NCBI GenBank assembly: GCA_943788985.1
Contig: CALSSJ010000031.1
Span: 32,001-96,000 of the forward strand
DNA from: an uncultured Lentisphaerales bacterium
Lineage (GTDB): Bacteria; Verrucomicrobiota; Lentisphaeria; JABSQK01; UBA12247
DNA: 64,000 bases
Direction: 5' to 3'
Shown: positions 20,215-31,499 of the stretch, piece by piece
How the letters are laid out: each line of letters begins with the position of its first letter
How positions within the stretch are numbered: position 1 is the first letter of the stretch
Translations under genes and position numbers: made by a program
The notes under the pieces: generated by a model
Seen by the model: only the letters and a program-made list of their open reading frames with translations
Told to the model about the DNA's origin: nothing
The model's database searches: none

Positions 20215-20299
20215 TACTCAGCCCCCGCGAGCGCCCAAGGTTCTTGGCAGTCAATCATCGTCGTGCTCCTCTGCCTGGGAAATCTTCGCATCGAGGAGC

Positions 20300-20672
20300 T
20301 CAATGAGTTCCGGATATAATGCCCTGATAGCCGACGTCAGCCATTGGCTGCGCATAGATCTTATGCCGCTGCTCCAGGGTCCAGCGTGAGAATATGTTCT
20401 CTTCCGCGCCCCCTCTCTCCAAGACAGGCACAGTGTAGGTGCCTGTTCGAAAGATCTGCTTTCCGCTTAGCAGAGCATCTCCGGCTGGAGAACAGGCAGA
20501 AAAGGCATTGTCGAAGACTAGACGAGCTCTGCTTTGCGAGCGCATCCAATGCCGGGGTCTCGTACCACGTGGATCGGTTAAAACCCACATCCCGGTAGCC
20601 AAGGTCATCGGCCAAGATGAACACGGTGTTAGGGGAGAGGGCAGGACTGTCGGCACCGACCATGAACACCAT
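20300..20672 (-). pseudogene. Sulfatase N-terminal fragment, frameshifted
   Basis: PNTVFILADDLGYRDVGF...ETPALDALA, then LVFDNAF in another frame. The CxPxR motif is damaged and there is no C-terminus. Confidence 0.75.
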
Positions 20673-20713
20673 GCGATGTCGCCATGTGCAACGCTCGCGC
20701 CTAACAGATGTCC

Positions 20714-21723
20714 TTAACGAGTGATTGGCGCAGTCGTCCCGCGTACAATCAAACTCGCAGGCAAACGAATGATCTGCTGCTGGTAAGACTCGTGGCGATT
20801 CTTGACCCGCTCGAGATACAGCTTTGCTGCTTGACGGCCGATTTCAGTCTCCTGCTGGTCGAACGACGTCAGATTCTCGTTCTTCGCAAGGTTACCACAG
20901 CCAATGACCGATATATCACGAGGCACCTGCAAACTTAACTCGCGCAAACTGCCTTCCAACTCCGGGACCAAATCATCGGCATAGCAGAAAATTCCGGTGG
21001 GACGATCCGCCCGCGCCATCATTTCATGCAGGGCCCCCTTAGACGACAACTGGACACAGGCCGCATTAGCAGTCTCGCTGACCACGTTTCGGAACCCCTG
21101 GGCACGCAGAATGGACGTGCTGCAGCGAGAGTCACTGCCAATAAACAACAGGCGCTCATGCCGCAGTTCCAGCAAATAACGCGCGGCCTCCTCCCCAATA
21201 GAAATATCGTCGGATCCGACAAAATCGGTGCGAAACATCGACATTTCGCGGTCGATCAGAATCAGCGGAATTCCACGCTGCCAAATCTCGTCAAAATAGC
21301 TGCGCTCGAACTCTTCGGACGAGGGACGCAGGATGATCCCATCCACAGCACGTTCCACCAGTTGGTGAATGATGTGTGCCTCGGTCTGGTCGTCTCGAGT
21401 CGTGACCGGCTTAGGATTCCAAGCGTGCAACATGACGTGGCCATTGTCCAACAGGACTTCATTGAGGCTTTCAACCACCCCCCATAGAAATCCAAAGTAG
21501 GAACCATGACGCCAGCCATGCTGGTACTGCCCTTAAACAAGTTTCGAGCAGTGGCATTGGGCCGGTAATTCAGCTCTTTCGCCGCGTCTCTGACGCGCTC
21601 CACGGTATCCGGTGAAAACTTAGCCGCGTCACGATTCAGGATTCGTGAGACACTCGCCATGCTCACCCCAGCGCGCTGTGCCACATCTTTCATCCCTGCC
21701 CGCTTTGGAATCTTACGGGCCAT
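20714..21723 (-). pseudogene. LacI-family regulator split by a frameshift in a G6 run (21478-21483)
   Basis: HTH MKDVAQRAGVSMASVSRILN...YRPNATAR in one frame and the sugar-binding domain (VPRDISVIG, LIVRGTT) in another. One extra G would fuse them. Confidence 0.85.
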
Positions 21724-21737
21724 ACTGGTGTCAAATC

Positions 21738-22020
21738 TTGGCAATCGATTCGTTCCCAAAAATTGGAGATGTTCCGTGACTACTGTAGCCTTTGCAGGCT
21801 CATCAGCAACCATCAAGCGAAAGCTACCTGCGCAATCCGCACGGATTGTGCTACCTCGTGACTTGTCCCTATCCTGAAACCGCTTGTAGGAGTGAGAGTC
21901 TGGACTGTAGTTTGGGCGCCATAGCTCGGCGGAAAGAGTTTTGGCAGGATTCGATCGGATAAGTCAATAAGTCTGCATTTTTGGGAAAACTGATTTTATT
22001 TGATCGAATCGCCAATGATC
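21738..22020. promoter_or_regulatory. Candidate LacI-type operator sites in the divergent promoter region
   Basis: Related motifs TTGGCAATCGATT (21738), TTGGCAGGATTCGATC (about 21941) and inverted GATCGAATCGCCAA (about 22002) lie between the regulator and the sulfatase. Confidence 0.35.
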
Positions 22021-22210
22021 TCCTGATCGTTTCCTTTTCCTACAAGACGCCTATTGTCGGCACGGATAAAGTCGCGCAAAGTACATTCGGGGCAACCACT
22101 TGCCCTGTTGCACAAACACTGATCGCATTCGTCTTTGACTCATCCATCGTGCTTATCATCTCCGGCCTGCGTTGGTCAACGCTCGGCCGCAACATCCAAG
22201 GAGAAATTCC

Positions 22211-24109
22211 ATGCTGAAGCAATTTCTGGGCCTTCCTTGCGCCCTGTGCCTTTGTCTTGCCTACGCCCTGCTGGCTGCCCCAAGGCCGGCCAAACCGAAC
22301 GTGGTTCTAATTCTTACCGACGACCTCGGTTGGCAAGACGTAAAATGCTATGACATTGACGAACCCTCCCCCTACGAAACGCCGAACATCGACGCACTGG
22401 CGGCACAGGGAATCAAGTTTTGGCAGGCCTATGCTCCAGCGCCCACCTGCGCTCCCACGCGCTGCGCCATCATGAGCGGAGTCCATCCTGCCCGAGCCCA
22501 GAAAACACACGTCGTGGGTGGAGCACCGCCTGCCCCGTACAGCGCAACACAACACCGCATGATCCCGCCTTGGTACAGCGGCCGGATGCCAGCCGACGAA
22601 TACACTCTGGCCAAGGCTCTCCAAAACCAGGGCTACCGGACCGGACACACCGGAAAATGGCATATGGCCATCGACCACAGCGCCTTCCCGCAACCGGAAG
22701 ACCAGGGCTTTCACTTCACCAGATCCAATCTCGGCGTCACCCGCAAAATGACACCAAACCGCCTGACCGGTTTCGCCACAACTGCCCCGGACGATCCCTT
22801 TCGCCTAGATGAAAACGACTTCCCCTTTCACCAGAACACCGCGGATGCCTTGGAGTTCATGCGCGAGAGTCAGACAGAGCCCTTCTTCCTCTATTTCGCG
22901 ACTTGGCTCGTCCACACGCCAATCCACATCCGCAATAAGCCGCTGTTGGATAAGTACTGCCGCAAGCTTGGCGTCGAACTGTCTTCTGAGAAGCCCAAAG
23001 AATGGACGGGTGAGGGCCAAACTAATCCGTTCTACTGCGCCATGGTCGAGACACTAGACTACCACATTGGCCGGATTGTCCACCACCTTGACCAGACGCC
23101 AGACCCGCGCTGGCCCGGGCACATGCTCAGGGAAAACACCTTCCTCATTTTCACCTCAGATAACGGCGGTATGGAGAAACATCCCGGCGAGATCATCACC
23201 GACAACTATCCTCTCAATCGCGGCAAGATCTCCGCCATGGAAGGCGGCACCCGCGTGCCGTTGATCATCACTGGCCCGGGGATCGCCAAAGGCGTGGAAT
23301 CTGACGTCATGGTGAATGGCCTGGACTTCTACCCCACGATCCTCTCGTTCATTGGCGCAAAGAAGCCAGCTACAAAGCAACTGGATGGCTGCGATCTGGC
23401 CCCGCTCCTCCTTGGCAATGCCAGGGATCCAGCGCTCGTTCGTCATCCCGATGGTTCGATGCGCGACAGTATGGTCTGGCACTTTCCCCACAGTGTCGCT
23501 CTCGAAAGTACGATCCGGATTGGAGACTACAAACTCGTGCGCAACTTCGACCATGTGGGCAATCCGCATTCGCCAGAGCTGGAGCTATTCCGCCTGTACG
23601 AGACCCGGGACGGTAAGCAGCAGCGGGTCGACATAGAAGAGGCTCATAACCTGGCAAAAAAAATGCCCGAGAAAACCGCACAGATGAACGCCCAGCTTAG
23701 CGCTCGCCTGTCGGAGATGAAGGCCAGTTATCCGTACTATAACCCGGCGTGCAAGCAACCCATCAAGCACAAAGAGACTATCCCGCTAGCCATCGCCCAC
23801 CAGCGAGATGGCCGCACTGTCTCCGTCGCCTACCGAGAAGCCGGCGCGAAGGTGATTCGCGCCAATCTGCTCTACACCCAGAACGGCGGCCACCGCCACG
23901 AAGAATGGTTTCGCGTCCCAGCAACACTCACCGGGAACAACTCAGCTACCGCTGAACTCCCGGAGGGCACTACGCACTACCTCTTCAACTTGATCGACGA
24001 GCACAACTTTCTGGTCAGTCACCCAAAGATGATGGATACGCTCACCAAAAACCGAAACCGTAAGACTTCCCGCTACTCCAAGGACGCCTTCGCCGTCACT
24101 CCTCAGTAG
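22211..24109 (+). CDS. Secreted sulfatase (formylglycine-dependent, S1) with C-terminal extension
   Basis: PNVVLILTDDLG, CAPTR, GKWH, FTSDNGG and EGGTRVPL. RBS AAGGAG. Confidence 0.93.
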   Translation: MLKQFLGLPCALCLCLAYALLAAPRPAKPNVVLILTDDLGWQDVKCYDIDEPSPYETPNIDALAAQGIKFWQAYAPAPTCAPTRCAIMSGVHPARAQKTHVVGGAPPAPYSATQHRMIPPWYSGRMPADEYTLAKALQNQGYRTGHTGKWHMAIDHSAFPQPEDQGFHFTRSNLGVTRKMTPNRLTGFATTAPDDPFRLDENDFPFHQNTADALEFMRESQTEPFFLYFATWLVHTPIHIRNKPLLDKYCRKLGVELSSEKPKEWTGEGQTNPFYCAMVETLDYHIGRIVHHLDQTPDPRWPGHMLRENTFLIFTSDNGGMEKHPGEIITDNYPLNRGKISAMEGGTRVPLIITGPGIAKGVESDVMVNGLDFYPTILSFIGAKKPATKQLDGCDLAPLLLGNARDPALVRHPDGSMRDSMVWHFPHSVALESTIRIGDYKLVRNFDHVGNPHSPELELFRLYETRDGKQQRVDIEEAHNLAKKMPEKTAQMNAQLSARLSEMKASYPYYNPACKQPIKHKETIPLAIAHQRDGRTVSVAYREAGAKVIRANLLYTQNGGHRHEEWFRVPATLTGNNSATAELPEGTTHYLFNLIDEHNFLVSHPKMMDTLTKNRNRKTSRYSKDAFAVTPQ

Positions 24110-24114
24110 CCTTC

Positions 24115-25310
24115 TCAGGGCCCGCAGCCCCGCCAAAATGCAATGTGACTGCCAGACGGCATTTTCAGCCCCGGAGGGGTGTGACACGACACGCCACATA
24201 TCTCCCCGGAAACAGATCCAAGCTGCCGCAGCGCCCGGAATACGTAGCCCGCGACTTCTTCCGCCGCTCCCGCTGATAGCGCAGCGGCCCAAGGCTCTGC
24301 AAACTCGAGCTTGATCACTAGCGTCCGATCCGTAAGCTCACTCGCCGGAATATCCCTCACGACAAGATAGCGCTCTCCAGACGCCCAGTAGACCGGTAAC
24401 AGCTCGGTACTGGTCGAGAGACTCCTCCGGTCGTTCAGGAGCACCACCGCTTCCGCCCTGGCGGTTGACGGAATGTGTACGTACAAGTTGCACCCTCGCC
24501 GTGTCAGCAGGACGCTGGCATTGGTGGTCAGCTCGCTGGCTGGCTCAGAATGTTCGAGAGCCTCACGCACAGCCAGGTACCAATTCCCGACCGCGGACAG
24601 AATCTGGAGTGACTTCTCCGGCAAGCGCCCAATCTCATCCGGCCCGATGTTCAGTAGGTAGTGCGCGCCCTTGGCCATGTAGCCATTTATACTGTTGATC
24701 AAGAATGGAACCGAATAATAATCCTCCGACATTCGGAAGCCCCAGCTCTGCGTTCCTGTGGAGTCGTTGGCTTCTTTCGGCCGCGAAAATCGCGTCAAAC
24801 GCCGGTCCGCGCCAGCGCTATATTCCCGCTCCGGGGTGCCAAGGTCCCCTGCGTCAAACCCACGGTCGTTGATTACAATGTTCGGCCGCAACTCCCGAAT
24901 CAGCGCGTTTACCGACGGATCCTGATACTCCGGGACATTGATCTCACAGAAGAATATAAGCCAAGCCCAAAGTCACGCCGATGAGACGCATCGGCCAGCT
25001 GCTTGAGGATGTCCTTTCCATACGGGGATTTGAGCACGTTGTAGCCAGTCCAATCACTATCCCAGAGACAGAAACCGTCGTGAGGTTTAGCCGTCAGACA
25101 GACGTACTCCATACCCGCGGCGTCCGCGCGACCGATGATCAAATCCGCGTCAAACGCCTCCGGGTTAAAGCGCTCGATCAGCGGTCGATACTCCACTCGC
25201 GGATTTGATCCTGCTCGTGCCAGCCCTCGATCGACTACAGGGCAAAATCAGGAATAGGCCGAAACGACGCGTCGAAAACCAATCATTTGGGGAGTTAATC
25301 GAAGGGTCTC
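24115..25310 (-). pseudogene. Alpha-L-fucosidase (GH29) pseudogene
   Basis: Fragments WFSTRRFGLF, FNPEAFDAD...AGMEYVCLTAKPHDGFCLWDS, PNIVINDRG and YLLNIGP are separated by frameshifts and an internal deletion. Confidence 0.82.
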
Positions 25311-25570
25311 ATTGGTACCAATTGTGAACAATTGATGCGGTATGGGGTGACATATAAAAGCTGCGAACGCCCAGATCGACATGCTTCCTTTTTTCAAGGC
25401 AGCACTAATGCGCGACTTGCGCCATCCACGCCAGTCCGCATTTTTGCCAAGTGCTTTAGCTAGGGACGATAAAAGCTGCGGTTCGTAAGCCGCTCGACTC
25501 TTAGCACTATCGTCCTACACTACTGCTCGCTGTCAAGCCTAACCTACGTTCTTTGGAGGCCCCTCTATCC

Positions 25571-27211
25571 ATGACTTGGCGTGAGCAACTATTCCTGACT
25601 GCCGTCGCACTTCTTGTCGTACTCGTCCTGGCGCTGATTCCAGCGGGTTCCCATGGCGCGCGCGAACGCGGCCAAGCCAGCCCGGTCGCTTGGGATACCG
25701 TGCGCGATGACCCGCAAGCCACCATGGATCTCTCGTGGATGGGCATCATCGCCCACCTTTCCGGCAAGGAAGGATCTTGGATCGAGCGCAACTTAGAGCA
25801 GAAGTTCAATCTCAACATCGAGCCTACCTTCCTCGATTGGAACGGGTTCCGCCAGCGCCGCCCCCTGATGCTATGTGGTGGCGACATTCCGGACGTGATG
25901 TGGGACGGAGATCCACTTGGCGTCCGCGCCAACCTGCGCAATGGCTTCATCATGGAACTCCCCTTCGAGGTCATCCTCGAGCATGCCCCCACCTACGTGG
26001 CGTATCTGAACCGCTTCGGCCGTGAAGCCTGGCTCTATAGTCACTATCAGGGCAAAAACTACGGCCTCCCCACCTTCTCCGCCGGTGCCAACCGGCCTCG
26101 TATCAGTTGCTGGCGCGAGGACTGGCTGCAGAACGTTGGCATCGAAAAAGTTCCCGAAACTGTCGATGAAATGCACGAAGCCTTGCACCGTTTCCGCCAT
26201 AATGATCCGGACGAAAACGGCAAGCAGGACACCTACGGTTGGAGCCCCGACATTTGGCACTGGTCCCTCGCCTTTGTCGAGATCTTCGCCGCCTATGACA
26301 CCCTTGCCTTCGATTTCATCGAGCGCGATGGAAAAGTGGTCTGGGGTGGCATCCTCCCCGAAGCGAAAGAAAGCCTGACCACCCTGCGTAAGTGGTACGA
26401 CGAAGGCCTGCTCGACCCTGACTTCCCCCTCAACAGCCGCGAGGCCGGCCGCGGCTTTGAAAACAGCAAAACTGGCTACACCCACCCCGTAGACCAACCA
26501 TTCTTCTACGACCTCGAGATGGCCACCTCCCTGGCCAGTAAAGTCATCGCCTACGCCCCGAAAGGCCAGCTCGTCCCTGGTCCTCCTTTGCGCAATGCAC
26601 AAGGAAAACGTCGCGGCCGCACCTGGGGCGGTGCCGCTCACGTCCTCCAGTTCGGCAGGCACCTCGAGCAACAGCCAGAGAAAGTGATCCGCGTCCTGCG
26701 CATGATGGAGGCCATTGCAACCAACGAAGAACTTTACCTCCAAGCTCGCTTCGCCGAACAGGGCACCCACTGGCACTACACTCCCGAGAAAGGCCGTGAG
26801 TCCCTCCCACCCTACGACGAAGACCAGCGACTGAGCGGTGCCGAACTCCTCACCTCCAGCATCTTCTTCTTCCCCAGCACCATCGACCCAATCTACGACG
26901 ACAAATACAACAGCCAGGCGGACACCACCTGGCATGAAACCAACCGCAAGCACGCTTGGGCCATGAAAAACGTCCTTGGAAAATCCGACGTAGTGCCATC
27001 TGCCAGCCGCTACCTTGGCGATCTCCGCCTCTGGCAAATGACTGTCTACGTCGAAATGATCGTCGGCGAGCGCCCACTCAGTGAGTTCGACGCCTTTATT
27101 GGAGAATGGAACGAACGCGGCGGTGAGATCCTCACCGCCGAAGCCAATGAGATGTACAGCCAGATGCGAGACATCTACACCCGCGTCGGTGCCACGGAGG
27201 ACGCCCAATGA
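25571..27211 (+). CDS. Carbohydrate ABC transporter substrate-binding protein (LplA-like)
   Basis: GDIPDV, REDWLQNVGIEKVPETVDE, DPDENGKQDTYG and WYDEGLLDPDF. Confidence 0.9.
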   Translation: MTWREQLFLTAVALLVVLVLALIPAGSHGARERGQASPVAWDTVRDDPQATMDLSWMGIIAHLSGKEGSWIERNLEQKFNLNIEPTFLDWNGFRQRRPLMLCGGDIPDVMWDGDPLGVRANLRNGFIMELPFEVILEHAPTYVAYLNRFGREAWLYSHYQGKNYGLPTFSAGANRPRISCWREDWLQNVGIEKVPETVDEMHEALHRFRHNDPDENGKQDTYGWSPDIWHWSLAFVEIFAAYDTLAFDFIERDGKVVWGGILPEAKESLTTLRKWYDEGLLDPDFPLNSREAGRGFENSKTGYTHPVDQPFFYDLEMATSLASKVIAYAPKGQLVPGPPLRNAQGKRRGRTWGGAAHVLQFGRHLEQQPEKVIRVLRMMEAIATNEELYLQARFAEQGTHWHYTPEKGRESLPPYDEDQRLSGAELLTSSIFFFPSTIDPIYDDKYNSQADTTWHETNRKHAWAMKNVLGKSDVVPSASRYLGDLRLWQMTVYVEMIVGERPLSEFDAFIGEWNERGGEILTAEANEMYSQMRDIYTRVGATEDAQ

Positions 27212-28134
27212 GCGACCAGTTCAACCGCCCTTCCGTCTTAAAAACGTACAGCAAGCATTCCGGCCTGTTGCTGATGACCCTCCCCGTAATCATCTACTTC
27301 CTCATCTTTCATTATGGCCCCATGATCGGCCTGGTCATCGCCTTCAAAGATTACGTGATGAGCGATGGTATGTTCGGCAGCCAGTGGGCTGGCATGGCAA
27401 ATTTCGAGCGCCTCTTCGCCAGCGATGACTTCCCACTCGCTGTGCGCAACACCCTGACCATCAGCTTCCTGCGGCTGGGCTTCGGCTTCTTCGCCCCCAT
27501 CATTCTGGCACTCCTGCTCAACGAACTGCGCCTCGAGTTCTATAAGCGCGGCATCCAGACCCTGACCTATCTGCCCCACTTCTTCAGCTGGGTCATTCTC
27601 GGCGGCATCTTCCTCATGCTCTTCAACGCTGGCGGCCCCGTAAATCAGTTTGCAAAGCTACTCGGTGCCGAACAACCCATCGCCTTTCTGACCGATGGCA
27701 CCTGGTTCATCATTGTCCTTGTTGCCACCGGAATCTGGCAAGGCGCTGGATGGGGAGCCATCCTCTACCTAGCCGCCCTCTCCGGCATCTCCCCACAACT
27801 CTACGAAGCTGCCCAGATCGACGGTGCCAACCGCTGGCAACAGACTTGGGCCATCACCATTCCCTGCCTCATCCCGACCATGATCGTTCTCTTTATCCTG
27901 GCCCTCGGCGGCATCCTTACCGCTGGCTTCGACCAGATCTATAATATGTACAACCCCATGGTCTACGATGTCGCGGATATCATAGACACCTACGTCCTGC
28001 GGCGCATGTTTGGCCTCGACCTCGCACTGGCCACCGCCGCTGGCATGTTCAAATCCGTCGTTGGCCTTGTCCTAGTCGTAGGCAGCAACTACCTCGCCCG
28101 CCGCATGAGCGGTGGCGAACAGGGGGTTTGGTAA
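27208..28134 (+). CDS. Carbohydrate ABC transporter permease (LplB-like)
   Basis: YLPHFFSWVI and EAA motif LYEAAQIDGANRWQQ. Confidence 0.95.
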   Translation: MSDQFNRPSVLKTYSKHSGLLLMTLPVIIYFLIFHYGPMIGLVIAFKDYVMSDGMFGSQWAGMANFERLFASDDFPLAVRNTLTISFLRLGFGFFAPIILALLLNELRLEFYKRGIQTLTYLPHFFSWVILGGIFLMLFNAGGPVNQFAKLLGAEQPIAFLTDGTWFIIVLVATGIWQGAGWGAILYLAALSGISPQLYEAAQIDGANRWQQTWAITIPCLIPTMIVLFILALGGILTAGFDQIYNMYNPMVYDVADIIDTYVLRRMFGLDLALATAAGMFKSVVGLVLVVGSNYLARRMSGGEQGVW

Positions 28135-28137
28135 AAC

Positions 28138-29013
28138 ATGAAACGTTCATCCGGCGAAAAAATATTCAACTTTTTCAACATCCTCTTCCTCGCGTTTGTC
28201 GGGCTTATCTGCCTCTATCCGTTTATTTACACCCTAACCATCAGCCTCAGCACAGCTGCTGAGGCCAGCCGGGAAGGCTTCCACTTCTATCCACGTGAAA
28301 TCTCATTCACCAGCTATAAAATGGTGCTCAGCAATCCGAACATCGTGACCGGCTACGTAAACACCATCATCCGGACCGTTCTCGGCACCTTTCTCACCGT
28401 TATTGCCACCTGTATCGCTGCCTATCCGCTCGCGCGGAAGGAAATGCCTCACCGCTCCATGCTCACCTTTTTGGTGGTCTTCACCATGCTCTTCAGCGGC
28501 GGTATCGTCCCCGGCTACTTGCTTGTCAAAAAGCTTGGCCTCATCAACAGCATGGGTTCCCTCATCCTCCCTACTCTGCTCTCCGCCTTCAACATCATTA
28601 TCATCAAAAACTTCTTCCAGTCCATTCCTGACTCCCTTTCCGAATCCGCTGGCATCGACGGGGCCGGAGAATGGCGCATCCTCTTTCAGATATACATCCC
28701 GCTCTCTAAGCCCGTGCTTGCCACCGTGGCCCTCTGGTCGGCCGTATTCCACTGGAACGCCTGGTTTGATGCCCTCCTCTACATCACCGATGACAACAAG
28801 CAGGTCCTCCAGACCTTTCTCCAGCGCATCGTCATCGAGAGCAGCACCCAGCTCATGGAACTCGGCATCACCGACACCACAGTTGTAGACTTCACTGGCG
28901 AGACCATCAAAGCCGCCACCATCATCGTCACCATCCTGCCCATCATCTGCGTCTACCCCTTTCTGCAGAAGTACTTTGTCAAAGGCATCATGCTTGGCGG
29001 AGTCAAAGAGTAG
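28138..29013 (+). CDS. Carbohydrate ABC transporter permease (LplC-like)
   Basis: ESAGIDGAGE and YPFLQKYFVKGIMLGGVKE. Confidence 0.95.
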   Translation: MKRSSGEKIFNFFNILFLAFVGLICLYPFIYTLTISLSTAAEASREGFHFYPREISFTSYKMVLSNPNIVTGYVNTIIRTVLGTFLTVIATCIAAYPLARKEMPHRSMLTFLVVFTMLFSGGIVPGYLLVKKLGLINSMGSLILPTLLSAFNIIIIKNFFQSIPDSLSESAGIDGAGEWRILFQIYIPLSKPVLATVALWSAVFHWNAWFDALLYITDDNKQVLQTFLQRIVIESSTQLMELGITDTTVVDFTGETIKAATIIVTILPIICVYPFLQKYFVKGIMLGGVKE

Positions 29014-29120
29014 CGCCAGTACGCCCCACACCGATCGTCCCCACAAGACAGCGTACTGCGCACATCACGGCGGAGATAAGACTTTTTAATCAAAAAATTA
29101 GACTTCGCACAAGGACTCTT

Positions 29121-31457
29121 ATGGACAACTCCAGCCCGCTCTGCGCAGACCAATCCAGACCGTTCTTTCAACGCACGCCTGCTGCTGATTGGCACGATGC
29201 CCTCCCCTCTGGCAACGGCGTTCTTGGCGCATGCGTCTACGGCGGCGTCTATACCGAAAGAGTTTGCCTGAACCACGAAGGCCTCTGGATTGGCACCCGC
29301 ACACAGGAGCTGCCCGATGTATCCACCTCCCTGCCGCACGTCCGTAATCTTCTTGACCAGGGCGAACTCGAAAAGGCAGAGCACGTCTATCGCGATGCCC
29401 TAACCGAACAGGGCTATCAGGGCAGCATCGGCCGTAGCCACCCCGCAGCAGACCTGTGCTGCTGCCGGCCACCAATTCACCGGCACCGTAACTACCGCCG
29501 CTCCCTAGACATGACCACCGGCGAAGTCACTGTCAGCTGGAGCGAGCGCAAGTTCCAGCTGTCCCGCCGTCTATTTGTCAGTAGAGCCGACGATCTGATC
29601 GTCTGGGAACTATCAGCAGATGCCGGCACAGTCTCCGCTTCCTTCTCACTCGTTCCACATGATCTGAATGATGCTATTGACATGGGGGCCAATGCCCTCA
29701 AGCCTGACATCACCTTCGACTCCTCTGCAGAAGGCTCCCTACTGACGCTCAAGGGCACCTATCATGGTGAATCCCTCGACTACACCGTCCTTGCCCGCGT
29801 GATTCCCACTGGCGGTACGATGGCCACCGCCGACCAAGCCATCTCCGTGACCGATGCGGACCGCATCCTCGTGGTTGCCCAAATTTTTGCCTACGAGCCA
29901 GCCGATCATACTGCTCTAGAAGAACTCAACGCCACCTACGAAGAGCTCCTCGAGCGCCACACCGCCCTGCATCGCCCCCTGTTTCTTGGCACCCAAGTTT
30001 CGCTTGCCACAGACCCGCGCAGCAACGAAGAGCTCCTGCTCGATGCCTATGGCGGCGACCTCTCTCCAGCGCTCGCCCAGCGCATGGCCGACTATGGCCG
30101 CTACCTGCTAATCTCCAGCTCCTGCCCTGGCCACCTGCCCTCGCATCTGCAAGGCGTCTGGAACGGCGACTACCGGCCCGCTTGGAACTGCATCTACATG
30201 CTCAACGAAAACCTGCAGATGAACTATTGGCAAGCCATGCCTGGCGGCCTTGGGGACATGAAGCTCGCAGTTTTCGACTACTACGAAAGCTACCTCGATG
30301 ACTACCGCGCCAACGCCCGCAACCTCTTCGGCTGCCGTGGCATCGTCATCCCGGCAGTGACCACCCCAGGCTCAGGGCTCGCGAAGAATACATCCGCGCA
30401 CATCATCTGTTGGACAGCCGGCGCTGGCTGGCTCGCCCAGCACTATTACGACTACTATCTCTACACCGGCGATCGTGACTTTCTCGTACAGCGCGTCATC
30501 CCCTTCATGAAGGAGGTCGTCGATTTCTACGAAGACTTCCTCACTCTCGGCCCCGATGGCACGCTAGTTTCCAGCCCATCCACCTCCCCAGAGAACACGG
30601 CTAATCCTGGCTACAACCAAGGCTCCCAGCTGCGCATCTCGATCAATGCCACCATGGATATCGCAGTCGCCCGCGAAGTATTCACCCATCTCGCCGAAGC
30701 CTGCGACGAAACCGGCGATGCGGCGGAGTCCGCACGCTGTCGCCGTATGCTCGCCCAGATGCCCGAGTACCAGATCAACGAAGACGGCGCGGTCAAAGAA
30801 TGGATGCATCCGGACTTCCTCGACAACTACCGCCATCGTCACCAGTCCCACCTCTACCCCGTATTCCCGGGCTTCGAAATCACAGAGGAAGACGCCCCCG
30901 AACTCTTCCAAGCCTTTCGTACCGCAGTCGAGAAGCGACTGGTCATCGGCCTCAAAGAGCAGACCGGCTGGTCGCTCGCTCACATGGCAAATATCTTCGC
31001 CCGTCTTGGCGACAGCGAACGCGCGCACGCAACTTTAGCCCTGCTCGCCCAGAACTGCACTGGCACCAACCTGTTCACCTACCACAATGACTATCGTCAT
31101 ATGGGGATCACTGGCACTCTCATTTGGGGGCGGCGTCCGCCGTTCCAGATCGATGCCAACATGGGCTGGACCGCAGCCGTCTACGAGATGCTCGCATTCT
31201 CCCGGCCCGGGACGATCAAGCTGCTCCCCGCCTGTCCGGAAGAGTGGGCATCCGGCAAGCTATCGAGCCTGCATTGTCGTGGTGGTGTGACCCTCTCCAT
31301 GCGCTGGAATGCTTCCGCCGCCAGCCTTCAGGTCCAGCTTTTGTCTCTGCGACAGGATCAGACCGTAGCCCTTCACCTCCCCGGCTTTCTCAACCGCGAG
31401 GTCCGCACCCTCCAGCTTAAGGCCAACCAGCCGACCGAGATCACGATCGGCAACTAA
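29121..31457 (+). CDS. GH95 alpha-1,2-L-fucosidase-like glycoside hydrolase
   Basis: ALPSGNG, YGRYLLISSS, NENLQMNYW, STSPEN, HRHQSHLY and FQIDANMG. Confidence 0.93.
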   Translation: MDNSSPLCADQSRPFFQRTPAADWHDALPSGNGVLGACVYGGVYTERVCLNHEGLWIGTRTQELPDVSTSLPHVRNLLDQGELEKAEHVYRDALTEQGYQGSIGRSHPAADLCCCRPPIHRHRNYRRSLDMTTGEVTVSWSERKFQLSRRLFVSRADDLIVWELSADAGTVSASFSLVPHDLNDAIDMGANALKPDITFDSSAEGSLLTLKGTYHGESLDYTVLARVIPTGGTMATADQAISVTDADRILVVAQIFAYEPADHTALEELNATYEELLERHTALHRPLFLGTQVSLATDPRSNEELLLDAYGGDLSPALAQRMADYGRYLLISSSCPGHLPSHLQGVWNGDYRPAWNCIYMLNENLQMNYWQAMPGGLGDMKLAVFDYYESYLDDYRANARNLFGCRGIVIPAVTTPGSGLAKNTSAHIICWTAGAGWLAQHYYDYYLYTGDRDFLVQRVIPFMKEVVDFYEDFLTLGPDGTLVSSPSTSPENTANPGYNQGSQLRISINATMDIAVAREVFTHLAEACDETGDAAESARCRRMLAQMPEYQINEDGAVKEWMHPDFLDNYRHRHQSHLYPVFPGFEITEEDAPELFQAFRTAVEKRLVIGLKEQTGWSLAHMANIFARLGDSERAHATLALLAQNCTGTNLFTYHNDYRHMGITGTLIWGRRPPFQIDANMGWTAAVYEMLAFSRPGTIKLLPACPEEWASGKLSSLHCRGGVTLSMRWNASAASLQVQLLSLRQDQTVALHLPGFLNREVRTLQLKANQPTEITIGN

Positions 31458-31499
31458 CCGAGCTCAGCAGGTGCCTCGCTTCCCCCGACAGCGCGCCCG

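Noticed and set aside
25871..27208. 445-aa minus-strand ORF and similar long antisense ORFs (for example 28303-29046, 15186-15860, 55891-56565)
   Set aside because: These are shadow frames of well-supported genes in GC-rich DNA.
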